The notes under the pieces were generated by a model. That model ran no database searches and had not been told where the DNA came from. It was given only the letters and a program-made list of their open reading frames with translations. A stretch of 63,529 nt of DNA from Gemmatimonadales bacterium (GTDB taxonomy: Bacteria > Gemmatimonadota > Gemmatimonadetes > Gemmatimonadales > JACORV01): positions 1-63,529 of the forward strand of contig JAUYOW010000078.1 of the NCBI GenBank assembly GCA_030697825.1, read 5' to 3'. The position numbers and the translations under genes are program-made. Numbering within the stretch: the first letter of the stretch is position 1; the number at the start of each line of letters is the position of its first letter. This document shows positions 51,099 through 59,647 of the stretch, one piece after another.

Positions 51099-53552
51099 AT
51101 GCCCGACCAAGGCTTCACCCCGTACGACCCGCAAGGCGTCGAGAAGAAGTGGGAGGCGCGCTGGGAAGAGCGCGGAACCAACCACGCCGACCTCGTCGGC
51201 GCGAAGCGGCCCTTCTACAACCTCATGATGTTCCCGTACCCCTCGGCCGAGGGGCTGCACGTCGGGAACGTCTTCGCCTTCGTCGGCGCGGATATCTTCG
51301 GGCGGTTCCGCCGGCTCCAGGGCGACGACGTCTTCGAGCCGATGGGTTTCGACGCCTTCGGGATCCACTCGGAGAACTACGCCCTCAAGATCGGCGTACA
51401 CCCGGCCGAGCTGATCCCGCGCAACATCGAGCGCTTCCGCCGGCAGATGAAGCGCATGGGGCTGATGATCGACTGGCGCCGGCAGCTCTCGACGACGGAC
51501 GCCGAGTACTACAAGTGGACGCAGTGGATATTCCTCCAGCTCCACAAGGCGGGCCTCGCCGTCAGGAAGCGCGCCGCGGTGAACTGGTGCCCCGCGTGCA
51601 AGACGGTGCTCGCCAACGAGCAGGTCATCAACGGCTATTGCGAGCGGCATCCCGATGTGAAGGTAGAGCAGCGGGTCCTCGACCAGTGGTTCTTCACCAT
51701 CACCAGGTACACCGAGAAGCTGCTCGGCAACCTCGAGAAGCTCGACTGGTCGTCGTCGACGCGGCTCCTCCAGACCAACTGGATCGGCCGGTCGGAGGGC
51801 GCAGAGCTGGCGTTCGAGACGCCCGCCGGCAGGCGCATCACCGTCTTCACCACTCGTCCCGACACGGTTTTCGGCGCGACCTACCTCGTTCTGGCGCCCG
51901 AGCACCCTCTCGTGGGAGACCTAGCCACGGCGGAGCAGCGGGCGGACGTCAACGCCTACCGCCGCAAGGTCGAGAAGAGCGACCTGGTCTCTCGCAAGGT
52001 CGGTGACAAGGAGCGGACCGGGGTCTTCACCGGCGCGTACGTGCGTAACCCGGCGACGGGCGACAGCATCCCCATCTGGATCGCGGACTACGTCCTCATG
52101 GAGTACGGGACCGGCGCGATCATGGGCGTTCCGGGTCATGATGCGCGTGACTTCGACTTCGCCACGCGGATGGTGCTACCGATCGTGCGGGTCGTCGCGG
52201 GCCCGGCCCAGGACGCCGCTACGCCGCTCCCGGCCGCCGAGCCCGACGTCCCGGGAGGGCGGTTGGTGAACAGCCCCGGCTTCGACGGGATGCCGTGGGA
52301 GGAGGCCTCCCGGGCGATCACCTCCTCGCTCGAAGCGAAGGGCCTCGCCAAGGGCATGGTCAACTACCGCCTCCACGACTGGTGCGTGTCGCGGCAGCGC
52401 TACTGGGGCCCGCCCATCCCCATCATCTATTGCGATGCCTGTGGCACGGTCCCCGTTCCCGAGAAGGACCTCCCCGTCGTCCTGCCGGTGGTGGCGGACA
52501 CCCGGCCCGACGACTCCGGCGTCTCGCCATTGGCGCGCCACGCCGAGTGGTACCGCGTGCCGTGCCCCAAGTGCGGCAAGATGGGTCGCCGCGAGACCGA
52601 CGTCTCCGACACTTTCCTCGATTCGGCGTGGTACTTCCTGCGCTACCCCTCCGTGGGACGCGGCGACGTGCCGTTCGACGCCGTGCTCACGAAGAAGTGG
52701 CTCCCGGTGACGAGCTACATCGGGGGCAACGAGCACGCGGTGCTGCACCTCATGTACTCGCGCTTCGTCACGATGGCGCTGAAGGACCTTGGCTACGTGG
52801 ACTTCGAGGAGCCGTTCCCGCGCTTCCGCGCCCACGGCACGATCGTGAAGGACGGGTCGAAGATGTCGAAGTCGCGCGGCAACGTCGTCGTGCCGGACCA
52901 GTACGTCGAGCAGTGGGGAGCCGACACCTTCCGGATGTACCTGATGTTCCTCGGTCCCTACCAGGAGGGTGGGGACTTCCGCGACGCGGGGATCTCGGGG
53001 ATCCGGAGATTCCTCGATAAGGTCTGGCATCTGATCGATGAAGCAGACGCGCCGACGCGCCGACGCGCAGCGGAGGTCAGCCAGCAGCCATCAGGAGAGC
53101 TGCTCCGACTAATGCATCACACGATCCAGAAGGTCACGAAGGACACTGCGTCGCTCGACTACAACACGGCGATCTCGGCGATGATGGAGTACGTGAACGC
53201 GCTGCGCGATGGCGCTCCCACCCGGGCGCTCATCGAGCCGCTGGCGGTCATGCTCGCACCATACGCGCCTCACTTCGCCGAGGAGTGCTGGGAGCGGCTC
53301 GGCCACACGGCTTCGGTCATGGACGCTGAGTGGCCGGTGTTCGACGCGCGACTCGCGCTGGCGGAGGACGTGGAGATCGTGGTGCAGGTGAACGGCAAAG
53401 TCCGGGCGCGGCTCATGTTCCCCCGCGGCGCAGCCGAGGCGACGGTGGTGGCGGCTGCCATTGCGCATCCGGGGGTGCGGAAGTTCACTGACGGGAAGAC
53501 TGTCAGGAAGGTGGTGTTTGTGGTGGACAGGCTGGTAAATCTCGTTGTATGA
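51099..53552 (+). CDS. leuS: leucine--tRNA ligase
   Basis: PYPSAEGLHVGN (HIGH-type) and KMSKSRGN motifs. 817 aa. Confidence 0.9.
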   Translation: MPDQGFTPYDPQGVEKKWEARWEERGTNHADLVGAKRPFYNLMMFPYPSAEGLHVGNVFAFVGADIFGRFRRLQGDDVFEPMGFDAFGIHSENYALKIGVHPAELIPRNIERFRRQMKRMGLMIDWRRQLSTTDAEYYKWTQWIFLQLHKAGLAVRKRAAVNWCPACKTVLANEQVINGYCERHPDVKVEQRVLDQWFFTITRYTEKLLGNLEKLDWSSSTRLLQTNWIGRSEGAELAFETPAGRRITVFTTRPDTVFGATYLVLAPEHPLVGDLATAEQRADVNAYRRKVEKSDLVSRKVGDKERTGVFTGAYVRNPATGDSIPIWIADYVLMEYGTGAIMGVPGHDARDFDFATRMVLPIVRVVAGPAQDAATPLPAAEPDVPGGRLVNSPGFDGMPWEEASRAITSSLEAKGLAKGMVNYRLHDWCVSRQRYWGPPIPIIYCDACGTVPVPEKDLPVVLPVVADTRPDDSGVSPLARHAEWYRVPCPKCGKMGRRETDVSDTFLDSAWYFLRYPSVGRGDVPFDAVLTKKWLPVTSYIGGNEHAVLHLMYSRFVTMALKDLGYVDFEEPFPRFRAHGTIVKDGSKMSKSRGNVVVPDQYVEQWGADTFRMYLMFLGPYQEGGDFRDAGISGIRRFLDKVWHLIDEADAPTRRRAAEVSQQPSGELLRLMHHTIQKVTKDTASLDYNTAISAMMEYVNALRDGAPTRALIEPLAVMLAPYAPHFAEECWERLGHTASVMDAEWPVFDARLALAEDVEIVVQVNGKVRARLMFPRGAAEATVVAAAIAHPGVRKFTDGKTVRKVVFVVDRLVNLVV

Positions 53553-53603
53553 AGGAGATAGGGGTTCACGCGACCCTTCCCCCCTCTCCCGCATCTACAT
53601 AAC

Positions 53604-54152
53604 GTGACCGTCATGACGGAAACCCTCCCCCTGTCGGAGGCCCGGAGCCTCGTCGCGCGAGCGAAGGCCGGTGACTACGGCGCCCTCGAGCAGGTGTATC
53701 GGGCGCACGAGAAGGGCGTGTACTCGCTGGCGCGGCGACTGACGCCGACCGCGGAGGACGCCGAGGACGTGTTGCAGGAGACCTTCCTCGAGGTCTGTCG
53801 CTCGATCGGCAGTTGGCGGGGTGACGGCAGCCTCTGGGGGTGGATTCGGACCATCGCGGCGAGCAAGGCGCTGATGCGCTATCGCCGCGAGAAGCTCCGC
53901 GCGGGAGAGCCGCTGGAGGACGAAGCGGCGGAGTCGCACGACGCCGACGTGCCGCTACGGCTCGATCTCGAGGCCGCGATGTCGCGGCTCACCGAGCGGT
54001 CGCGCGCGGTGGTCTGGCTGCACGATGTGGAAGGGTACACTCATGAGGAGATCGCCGAGCTGATGGGTATGACGACGAGCTTCTCGAAGTCGCAGCTGGC
54101 CCGGGCACACGAGAAACTGCGCCGCTGGCTCGGCGAAGGAGCGATGGCATGA
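53604..54152 (+). CDS. ECF-type RNA polymerase sigma-70 factor
   Basis: Region 2 (AEDVLQETFLEV) and region 4 (EGYTHEEIAELMGMTTSFSKSQLARA) patterns. Confidence 0.85.
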   Translation: MTVMTETLPLSEARSLVARAKAGDYGALEQVYRAHEKGVYSLARRLTPTAEDAEDVLQETFLEVCRSIGSWRGDGSLWGWIRTIAASKALMRYRREKLRAGEPLEDEAAESHDADVPLRLDLEAAMSRLTERSRAVVWLHDVEGYTHEEIAELMGMTTSFSKSQLARAHEKLRRWLGEGAMA

Positions 54153-54745
54153 GCGACATCCGGCACGGAACGACCGAAGAGCTGCTCGCGCTACGCGACG
54201 GCGAAGGCAGCGCGTGGACGAAGGCGCACGTCGGGGAGTGCGTGGCCTGCGCGGGCGAGCTTTACCGGCTGGATCAGATGCGCGCGCGGCTGAAGGCGTT
54301 GCCCACGTTCACGCTGCCTCGCGATCGCTGGCCCGTAGTCGCGACCAGGGCGAGCGCCGAGCGCCGGCGCCGGTGGGTCCATGGCATGGTCGGCCTGGCC
54401 ACGGCCGCGGCTCTGACTTTGCTCACCGTCGTGGCGCTGCGGCCGGACGGCGCTGCCTCCACGGCGGCCGGTCGTGCGGCGCTTCAGCGCGCGATGGCAC
54501 AGTCGGCGGCGATGGAGCAGTCGCTGCGCGACCTCTCGCCCGAGTCCCGGGCGCTGCCGGGGTCCGCCGCGGGGGTCGTGGCCGATCTCGAGGACCGGCT
54601 GTCCAGCATCGACGCACAGCTCGCGCAACCCGGCGCCTGGCGTTCTGATCCGGACCGGGTGGTCGGCCTGTGGCAGAATCGCGCCGGCGTGCTCTCGGCG
54701 CTGGTGGACGTTCACACCACGCGGGTGGCCCTCGCGGGCCTTTAG
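54149..54745 (+). CDS. anti-sigma factor (zf-HC2-like, single TM)
   Basis: HVGECVACAGEL motif and a central TM helix. It overlaps the sigma gene by 4 nt. Confidence 0.65.
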   Translation: MSDIRHGTTEELLALRDGEGSAWTKAHVGECVACAGELYRLDQMRARLKALPTFTLPRDRWPVVATRASAERRRRWVHGMVGLATAAALTLLTVVALRPDGAASTAAGRAALQRAMAQSAAMEQSLRDLSPESRALPGSAAGVVADLEDRLSSIDAQLAQPGAWRSDPDRVVGLWQNRAGVLSALVDVHTTRVALAGL

Positions 54746-54770
54746 CGTCCTTTTCTTCAACGAGGTTTCC

Positions 54771-55739
54771 ATGCGACGCCTTCTTCTCACAGCAACGTTC
54801 CTGGCCGCGGTGGCCGTCCCCGCGGCGGCTCAGGACTCGGCGCGGGTTCGCGAACGGGAGCGCGAGCGCGAGGATCGGGTGCGCACATTCATGTACTCGA
54901 TCGGTCCGGGCGAGTTCTCCCGGATGAGCTTCCGCCGCGAGCGGCTCGGCGTGCTCGTGGATCTGACCGCTGACCCGGCGCGCGACAGCGTCGGCGCGCG
55001 AGTGGCGGGCGTGACGCCGGGCGGTCCCGCCGATCGCGCCGGCGTGCGCACCGGCGACCTCATCGTGCGCCTGAACGGCGCTCGCCTCGCCGCGCTCCGG
55101 AGCGACCGGCGCGATGACGAAATGGATCAGTCGCGCCCCGGCCTACGGCTCATCGAGCTGGCCTCGCGGCTCGACGGCGGCGACTCGGTGCGGCTCGAGC
55201 TGCGTCGCGACGGGCGGACCCAAACCGTGAGTTTCGTCGTCTCGGAGTCCGGGTTCGACCGGATCACGGAGTTGAGCGGCAACCAGCTCCGCCGGTTCGC
55301 CGTCCCGTTCCCGCCGGAGATTGCCGTCCCGGGCGGCCCGGAGAATCGCATGCGGGTCATGGCGTTCGGCGGCGAGGGACTGGCCGACCTGGAACTGGTG
55401 CGGGTGGGCCCCGGCCTGTCGGAGTACTTCGGGACCTCGGAGGGACTGCTCGTCGTGGACGTGGGGACCGACTCGACCCTCGGCCTGCGCGCCGGCGACG
55501 TCATTCTCTCGATCGGCGGCCGGCGGCCCACCAGCCCGTCCCACGCGATGCGGATCCTCGGGACCTACGACGCCAACGAGGCGGTGTCGTTCGAGGTGAT
55601 GCGGCAGAAGCGCCGGGTCAGCGTGAATGGACGCATGCCGCGCCAGTCGGAGCAGCGGTGGAGGATAAGATCGAACCGCTTCGAGATGCAGCCGGGAATG
55701 GAGCTGCCGCGGGTGGAAAGAATCAGGATTAGTTTGTGA
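54771..55739 (+). CDS. secreted protein with two PDZ domains
   Basis: The signal peptide is MRRLLLTATFLAAVAVPAAAQ. GVRTGDLIVRLNG and GLRAGDVILSIGG are PDZ carboxylate-loop/GD motifs. No protease domain is seen. Confidence 0.6.
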   Translation: MRRLLLTATFLAAVAVPAAAQDSARVREREREREDRVRTFMYSIGPGEFSRMSFRRERLGVLVDLTADPARDSVGARVAGVTPGGPADRAGVRTGDLIVRLNGARLAALRSDRRDDEMDQSRPGLRLIELASRLDGGDSVRLELRRDGRTQTVSFVVSESGFDRITELSGNQLRRFAVPFPPEIAVPGGPENRMRVMAFGGEGLADLELVRVGPGLSEYFGTSEGLLVVDVGTDSTLGLRAGDVILSIGGRRPTSPSHAMRILGTYDANEAVSFEVMRQKRRVSVNGRMPRQSEQRWRIRSNRFEMQPGMELPRVERIRISL

Positions 55740-55912
55740 TGAGGTGATGGGGTGAGGGGAGAAAAGGGAGTGAGGGGAGAAAGGGGAGTTAGGGGAGAAA
55801 TGGCACGACCGCACTCCGGTCCCCTTACTCCCCTTTCTCAATTTACTCCCATAACTCCCCTTTCTCCCCCTACCCTCACCACCTCATGCCCTTCACCATC
55901 ACCCCATCATCT
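55737..55912. repeat. about 175-bp imperfect palindrome built from tandem G/A-rich 18-mers
   Basis: The left arm is TGAGGGGAGAAAAGGGAG, TGAGGGGAGAAAGGGGAG, TTAGGGGAGAAATGG. The right arm is their reverse-complement pyrimidine version (CCCCTTACTCCCCTTTCTC...CTCCCCTTTCTCCCCC). It lies between convergent genes. Confidence 0.7.
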
Positions 55913-55975
55913 CTCCGGGATACAGGGCCCCAACCCCGGGTGACAGCGCGCCGCGCCGGCGAACCGGCGCAACGC

Positions 55976-58102
55976 TTACCGGCGGGTGCCGCGCCTTCCC
56001 TCCGCCAGCACCTCGCCGAGGTCCAGGCGCCAGATCGAGCTGCCGCGCGGGATCTCGGCCGGGTACGCGATGTACCGGCCGTCGGGCGAGAGCGAGTAGC
56101 TCCACATCGCCGAGGGGTCGTCCCGGGTCAGTTTGACTGGCTGATCGCCTTCGCGAAGCGACACGAGCCAGACGCCGGGCGTGGACCCCTGGCCGCTCAT
56201 GCCGAAGACGGTCACCGCCCGGCTGTCGGGCAGCCACTTGATGTCCCAGCCAACCACAAGTCCGGCCTCGACGAGCCGTGGCGGCGCGCTCGGCAGACCG
56301 CCGGGCGTCACGCCGACGACCAACACGGCGTAGCGCAAGCTTGTACCCGGAGCGCCGTAGCTCGCAGCGATCCAGCGACCATCAGGCGACCAGACCGGTT
56401 GGTACAGGCTCCCCCGCATTGTCGCGACGCGCCGGGGCGCGCCGTTCCGGCCCTCCGCGACGAGCAGGGCGCTGGAGTCGCCGAGTACGTCCGTCCAGGC
56501 AACGCGCTCACCTTGCACGCCGACGCCGCCGAAGCTTCTGTTGTCTGCGAAGCTGGCCGGGAAGGAACGCAGAACGTGAGGCTCTCCCTCTGGTGCACAC
56601 GCCCGCAACTCGAACCGATCACCGCGACGCTCGGCGTAGAGGATCTCTGCACCGCTGAACGGCGAACCGCCGGGTCCGGTGATGGGCACTCCGGTCGGAT
56701 CAACCAGGTCCCGTGCAATCTCTCGCGTGCGCCCATCGCTGAGCCGACGGACCCGCAGGCTCTTCCGGGAGGTCGCCGAGTCCGTGACGACGTAGAAGAG
56801 ATGGTTGCGGTCTGGCGACAGCATCGTCCTCGTCGCTTCTGGCGGCGTCGCGATCTCCGCGGCCTGGCCCCCGTCAATCGGAATATCGAGCAGCGTCGCG
56901 TGTCCGTTCATCCGCGTCCTCACCGCCAGGCGACCGGCGTCGGCGGTCCACGTATCCAGCTCGTCGTACTCGCGCGCCTCCGTCAACGTTCTGGAGGGGC
57001 CGCCCGCGACCGGCAGCACGCGGATGGGTGCCACGCGGTCCGACACCACAGCGAGAACCGACCGGCCGTCGCCGGTGAACGAGGACGGGTCCATGTTTCG
57101 ATGCAGAGGAACACTCGCAACAGGGCGGCCCTCGAAGGTGAAGACCTGGGCGACTGGAGAGCCGGGAAGGGAGACGTCCGACAAGGTAAGCGCCTGGCGC
57201 GCTGTCGTGTTCAGCGCGCGCATCCCCCTAGGCGTCGACCACAGCCGCTGGGGCTGTCCGCTATCGGCCGATACGCGCATCAGGGTACGCTCCGGCCCAC
57301 CGGACACCCTGTCCACGAAGTAGATCGCGCGGCCGTCGGGCGACCATTCCGGCCGGCCCCCATAGCTCTTGCTCGGCACCACCGTTCGGGCGGTGCCGCC
57401 CGTGGACGGCACGACCATCAGACGGCGGGTACCGGGAAGCCCGAAAGCCTCGAAGAGAATCCAGCGCCCGTCGGGTGATACCGCCGGAAAGTACCCGGAC
57501 TCCAGCGAGACCTGCTGTGCCGGGCCGGCACTCCGCCCCGTCCGCGCGTCGAACGGGATCGTCATGACGTACCTCGTCGTTTCCTCGCCGGGCGGCGACG
57601 GCCTATTGGAAGCGAATGCGATACGGTCACCGGACGGGAACCATCTTGGAAACCAGTCGTCGTGGCGACCGGACGTGAGCTGAATCGGTGCGCCGCCGCC
57701 CGCCGGAACGACCCACAGGTAGACTCCGCCTTCACCACCGCTGTTGAAGACGATCCAGCGCCCGTCGGGGGAGAGGGCCGGATTCGTGATCTGCATCGAG
57801 TCCGACCCGAAGATGCGCGTGAACCGCGGCTGCGGCTGGGCCGCGGCTGCCTGAGCCCCTGCGACTTGCGCGGCGAGCGGTGGCGACCCGAGGCCCGGGA
57901 CGACGGCCGCGAGACACAACGCCGCGAGGAGCACGCCCCGCGGTCGAGTCCGCCGGCCCTGCGCCGCTAGCCAGAGAGAGAGCGCCACCACGTGCAGTAC
58001 CTCCAGGACGAGGAACGCGACGACCCCCAGGCCGATGACGAGCAGAACCGGTCCGAACAGGTCCAGGACCTGCACGCCGGGTGAAGTGACGGTGTCGATC
58101 AT
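55976..58102 (-). CDS. TolB-like protein with multiple PD40/WD40-like beta-propeller repeats and N-terminal TM anchor
   Basis: Repeated SPDG(R)xIxF motifs: LSPDGRWIVFNS, VSPDGRWILFEA, WSPDGRAIYFVD, WSPDGRWIAASY, LSPDGRYIAYPA. Uses the internal start MIDTV. Confidence 0.75.
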   Translation of the reverse strand: MIDTVTSPGVQVLDLFGPVLLVIGLGVVAFLVLEVLHVVALSLWLAAQGRRTRPRGVLLAALCLAAVVPGLGSPPLAAQVAGAQAAAAQPQPRFTRIFGSDSMQITNPALSPDGRWIVFNSGGEGGVYLWVVPAGGGAPIQLTSGRHDDWFPRWFPSGDRIAFASNRPSPPGEETTRYVMTIPFDARTGRSAGPAQQVSLESGYFPAVSPDGRWILFEAFGLPGTRRLMVVPSTGGTARTVVPSKSYGGRPEWSPDGRAIYFVDRVSGGPERTLMRVSADSGQPQRLWSTPRGMRALNTTARQALTLSDVSLPGSPVAQVFTFEGRPVASVPLHRNMDPSSFTGDGRSVLAVVSDRVAPIRVLPVAGGPSRTLTEAREYDELDTWTADAGRLAVRTRMNGHATLLDIPIDGGQAAEIATPPEATRTMLSPDRNHLFYVVTDSATSRKSLRVRRLSDGRTREIARDLVDPTGVPITGPGGSPFSGAEILYAERRGDRFELRACAPEGEPHVLRSFPASFADNRSFGGVGVQGERVAWTDVLGDSSALLVAEGRNGAPRRVATMRGSLYQPVWSPDGRWIAASYGAPGTSLRYAVLVVGVTPGGLPSAPPRLVEAGLVVGWDIKWLPDSRAVTVFGMSGQGSTPGVWLVSLREGDQPVKLTRDDPSAMWSYSLSPDGRYIAYPAEIPRGSSIWRLDLGEVLAEGRRGTRR

Positions 58103-58264
58103 CCTGCTGCTCCTTCCCTGACACGTCGGATCGCGGGCACACGCGGATGCGGGGCCCTTGCACAAGCCACATACAAGAGGCGTGCCGGGTCCAGCGAAAG
58201 CGGCAAGATGCGAGGGGACAGAGAGTTCAGCCGACGCGAGAGCGACGCCGCGCGGATGGTGTGG

Positions 58265-59647
58265 TCACGTTCCGTGACCATCGGGGTCACGATCCGTTAC
58301 CACGGGGTCGTGCTCGGCGAGCAGCCGATCGAGGCGGGGCCTGGAGATGCCGAGGATGCGGGCGGCCTGCCGCTTGTTCCCGCCGGCGCGGGCGAGGACT
58401 CGGTGGACGTGGGCGCGCACGGCGGCGTCGAGCGAGTCGTCCTCGGCGCTCGGGCTGCCGCCGTCGGCGCCGGCGCGGGTCGGTTCCCCGAAGGACAGGT
58501 GCTCGGGCATGATCGCGGGGCCGCGGGCCAGCACCGCCGCGCGGGTCAGGGCGTTCTCGAGCTCTCTGACGTTCCCCGGCCAGTCGTACGCGGTGAGGAG
58601 CCGCATCGCGTCGTCCGAAATGAGCCGGACTTCCCGGTGGAGGTCCCGCGCGATGCGCGCGATGAGGTGCTGCGCCAGCGGCGGGATGTCGGAGCGCCGC
58701 TCCCGCAGCGGCGGCACGGTGATCTCCACGACCTTCAGGCGGTAGAACAAGTCCTCGCGGAACCTTCCCGAACGGACCAGCTCCTCCAGCGGGCGATGCG
58801 TGGCGGTGATGACCCGGGCATCCGAGGTGCGCGGCTCCTCGCTCCCGACGGGGTAGAACTCGCGGCTCTCCAACACCCGCAGCAGCTTGGCCTGAAGCTC
58901 CAGGGTGGTGTCGCCGATCTCGTCGAGGAAGATCGTGCCCGAGCCCGCCAGCTCGAAGTAGCCGCGGCGGCTGCCGACGGCGCCGGTGAACGCGCCGCGG
59001 ACGTGTCCGAACAGCTCGGATTCGAGCAGCGTTTCGGCCAGGGCGGTGCAGTTGACCGCGATGAACGGGTCGGCCGCCTGCGGCGAGCTGAAGTGGATGG
59101 TTCGAGCGATCCGCTCCTTGCCCGTGCCGGTCTCACCGCGCACGAGCACGGTGGCGCGGTTGCCGGCCAGCATGCCGATCAGCTTGTAGATCTCTATCAT
59201 GCGCCCGTCGCGGCCGATCAATTGCTCGAGCGTGTGGGGCTCCGCCTCGGCCGCCGCCTGACGCTGCACGCGCTGCCGCAGCGCACGCTCGCGCAGGCAG
59301 CGCTGGATGGTGAGATCGATGACGTCGAGATCGAGCGGTTTGACGAGATAGTCGTACGCGCCGGCCTTCATCGTCTCGATCGCCGACTGCATGTCGTCGT
59401 GCGCCGTGATCACGACGACGTCCACGTCGTCGAGGGTGGCGCGGACCCGGCGCAGCAGCTCCAGCCCGCCCATGCCCGGCATGCGCAGGTCGGTGATGAC
59501 GAGCACGGGCTGGAAGGTCTCGAGCAGCGGCAGCGCGGCCGCAGCGGCGGCCGCCGTGCGGACCTCGTAGCCGGAGCGTCCCAAGTGGTGCTCGAAGGTC
59601 TCGCGGATGGACGCGTCGTCGTCCACGACCAGAATGCGCGCGCTCAC
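58265..59647 (-). CDS. sigma-54-dependent response regulator (NtrC family)
   Basis: A receiver domain (ILVVDDD...DLRMPG), an AAA+ domain (GETGTGKE, ESELFGH), and a C-terminal Fis-type HTH. Confidence 0.9.
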   Translation of the reverse strand: MSARILVVDDDASIRETFEHHLGRSGYEVRTAAAAAAALPLLETFQPVLVITDLRMPGMGGLELLRRVRATLDDVDVVVITAHDDMQSAIETMKAGAYDYLVKPLDLDVIDLTIQRCLRERALRQRVQRQAAAEAEPHTLEQLIGRDGRMIEIYKLIGMLAGNRATVLVRGETGTGKERIARTIHFSSPQAADPFIAVNCTALAETLLESELFGHVRGAFTGAVGSRRGYFELAGSGTIFLDEIGDTTLELQAKLLRVLESREFYPVGSEEPRTSDARVITATHRPLEELVRSGRFREDLFYRLKVVEITVPPLRERRSDIPPLAQHLIARIARDLHREVRLISDDAMRLLTAYDWPGNVRELENALTRAAVLARGPAIMPEHLSFGEPTRAGADGGSPSAEDDSLDAAVRAHVHRVLARAGGNKRQAARILGISRPRLDRLLAEHDPVVTDRDPDGHGT

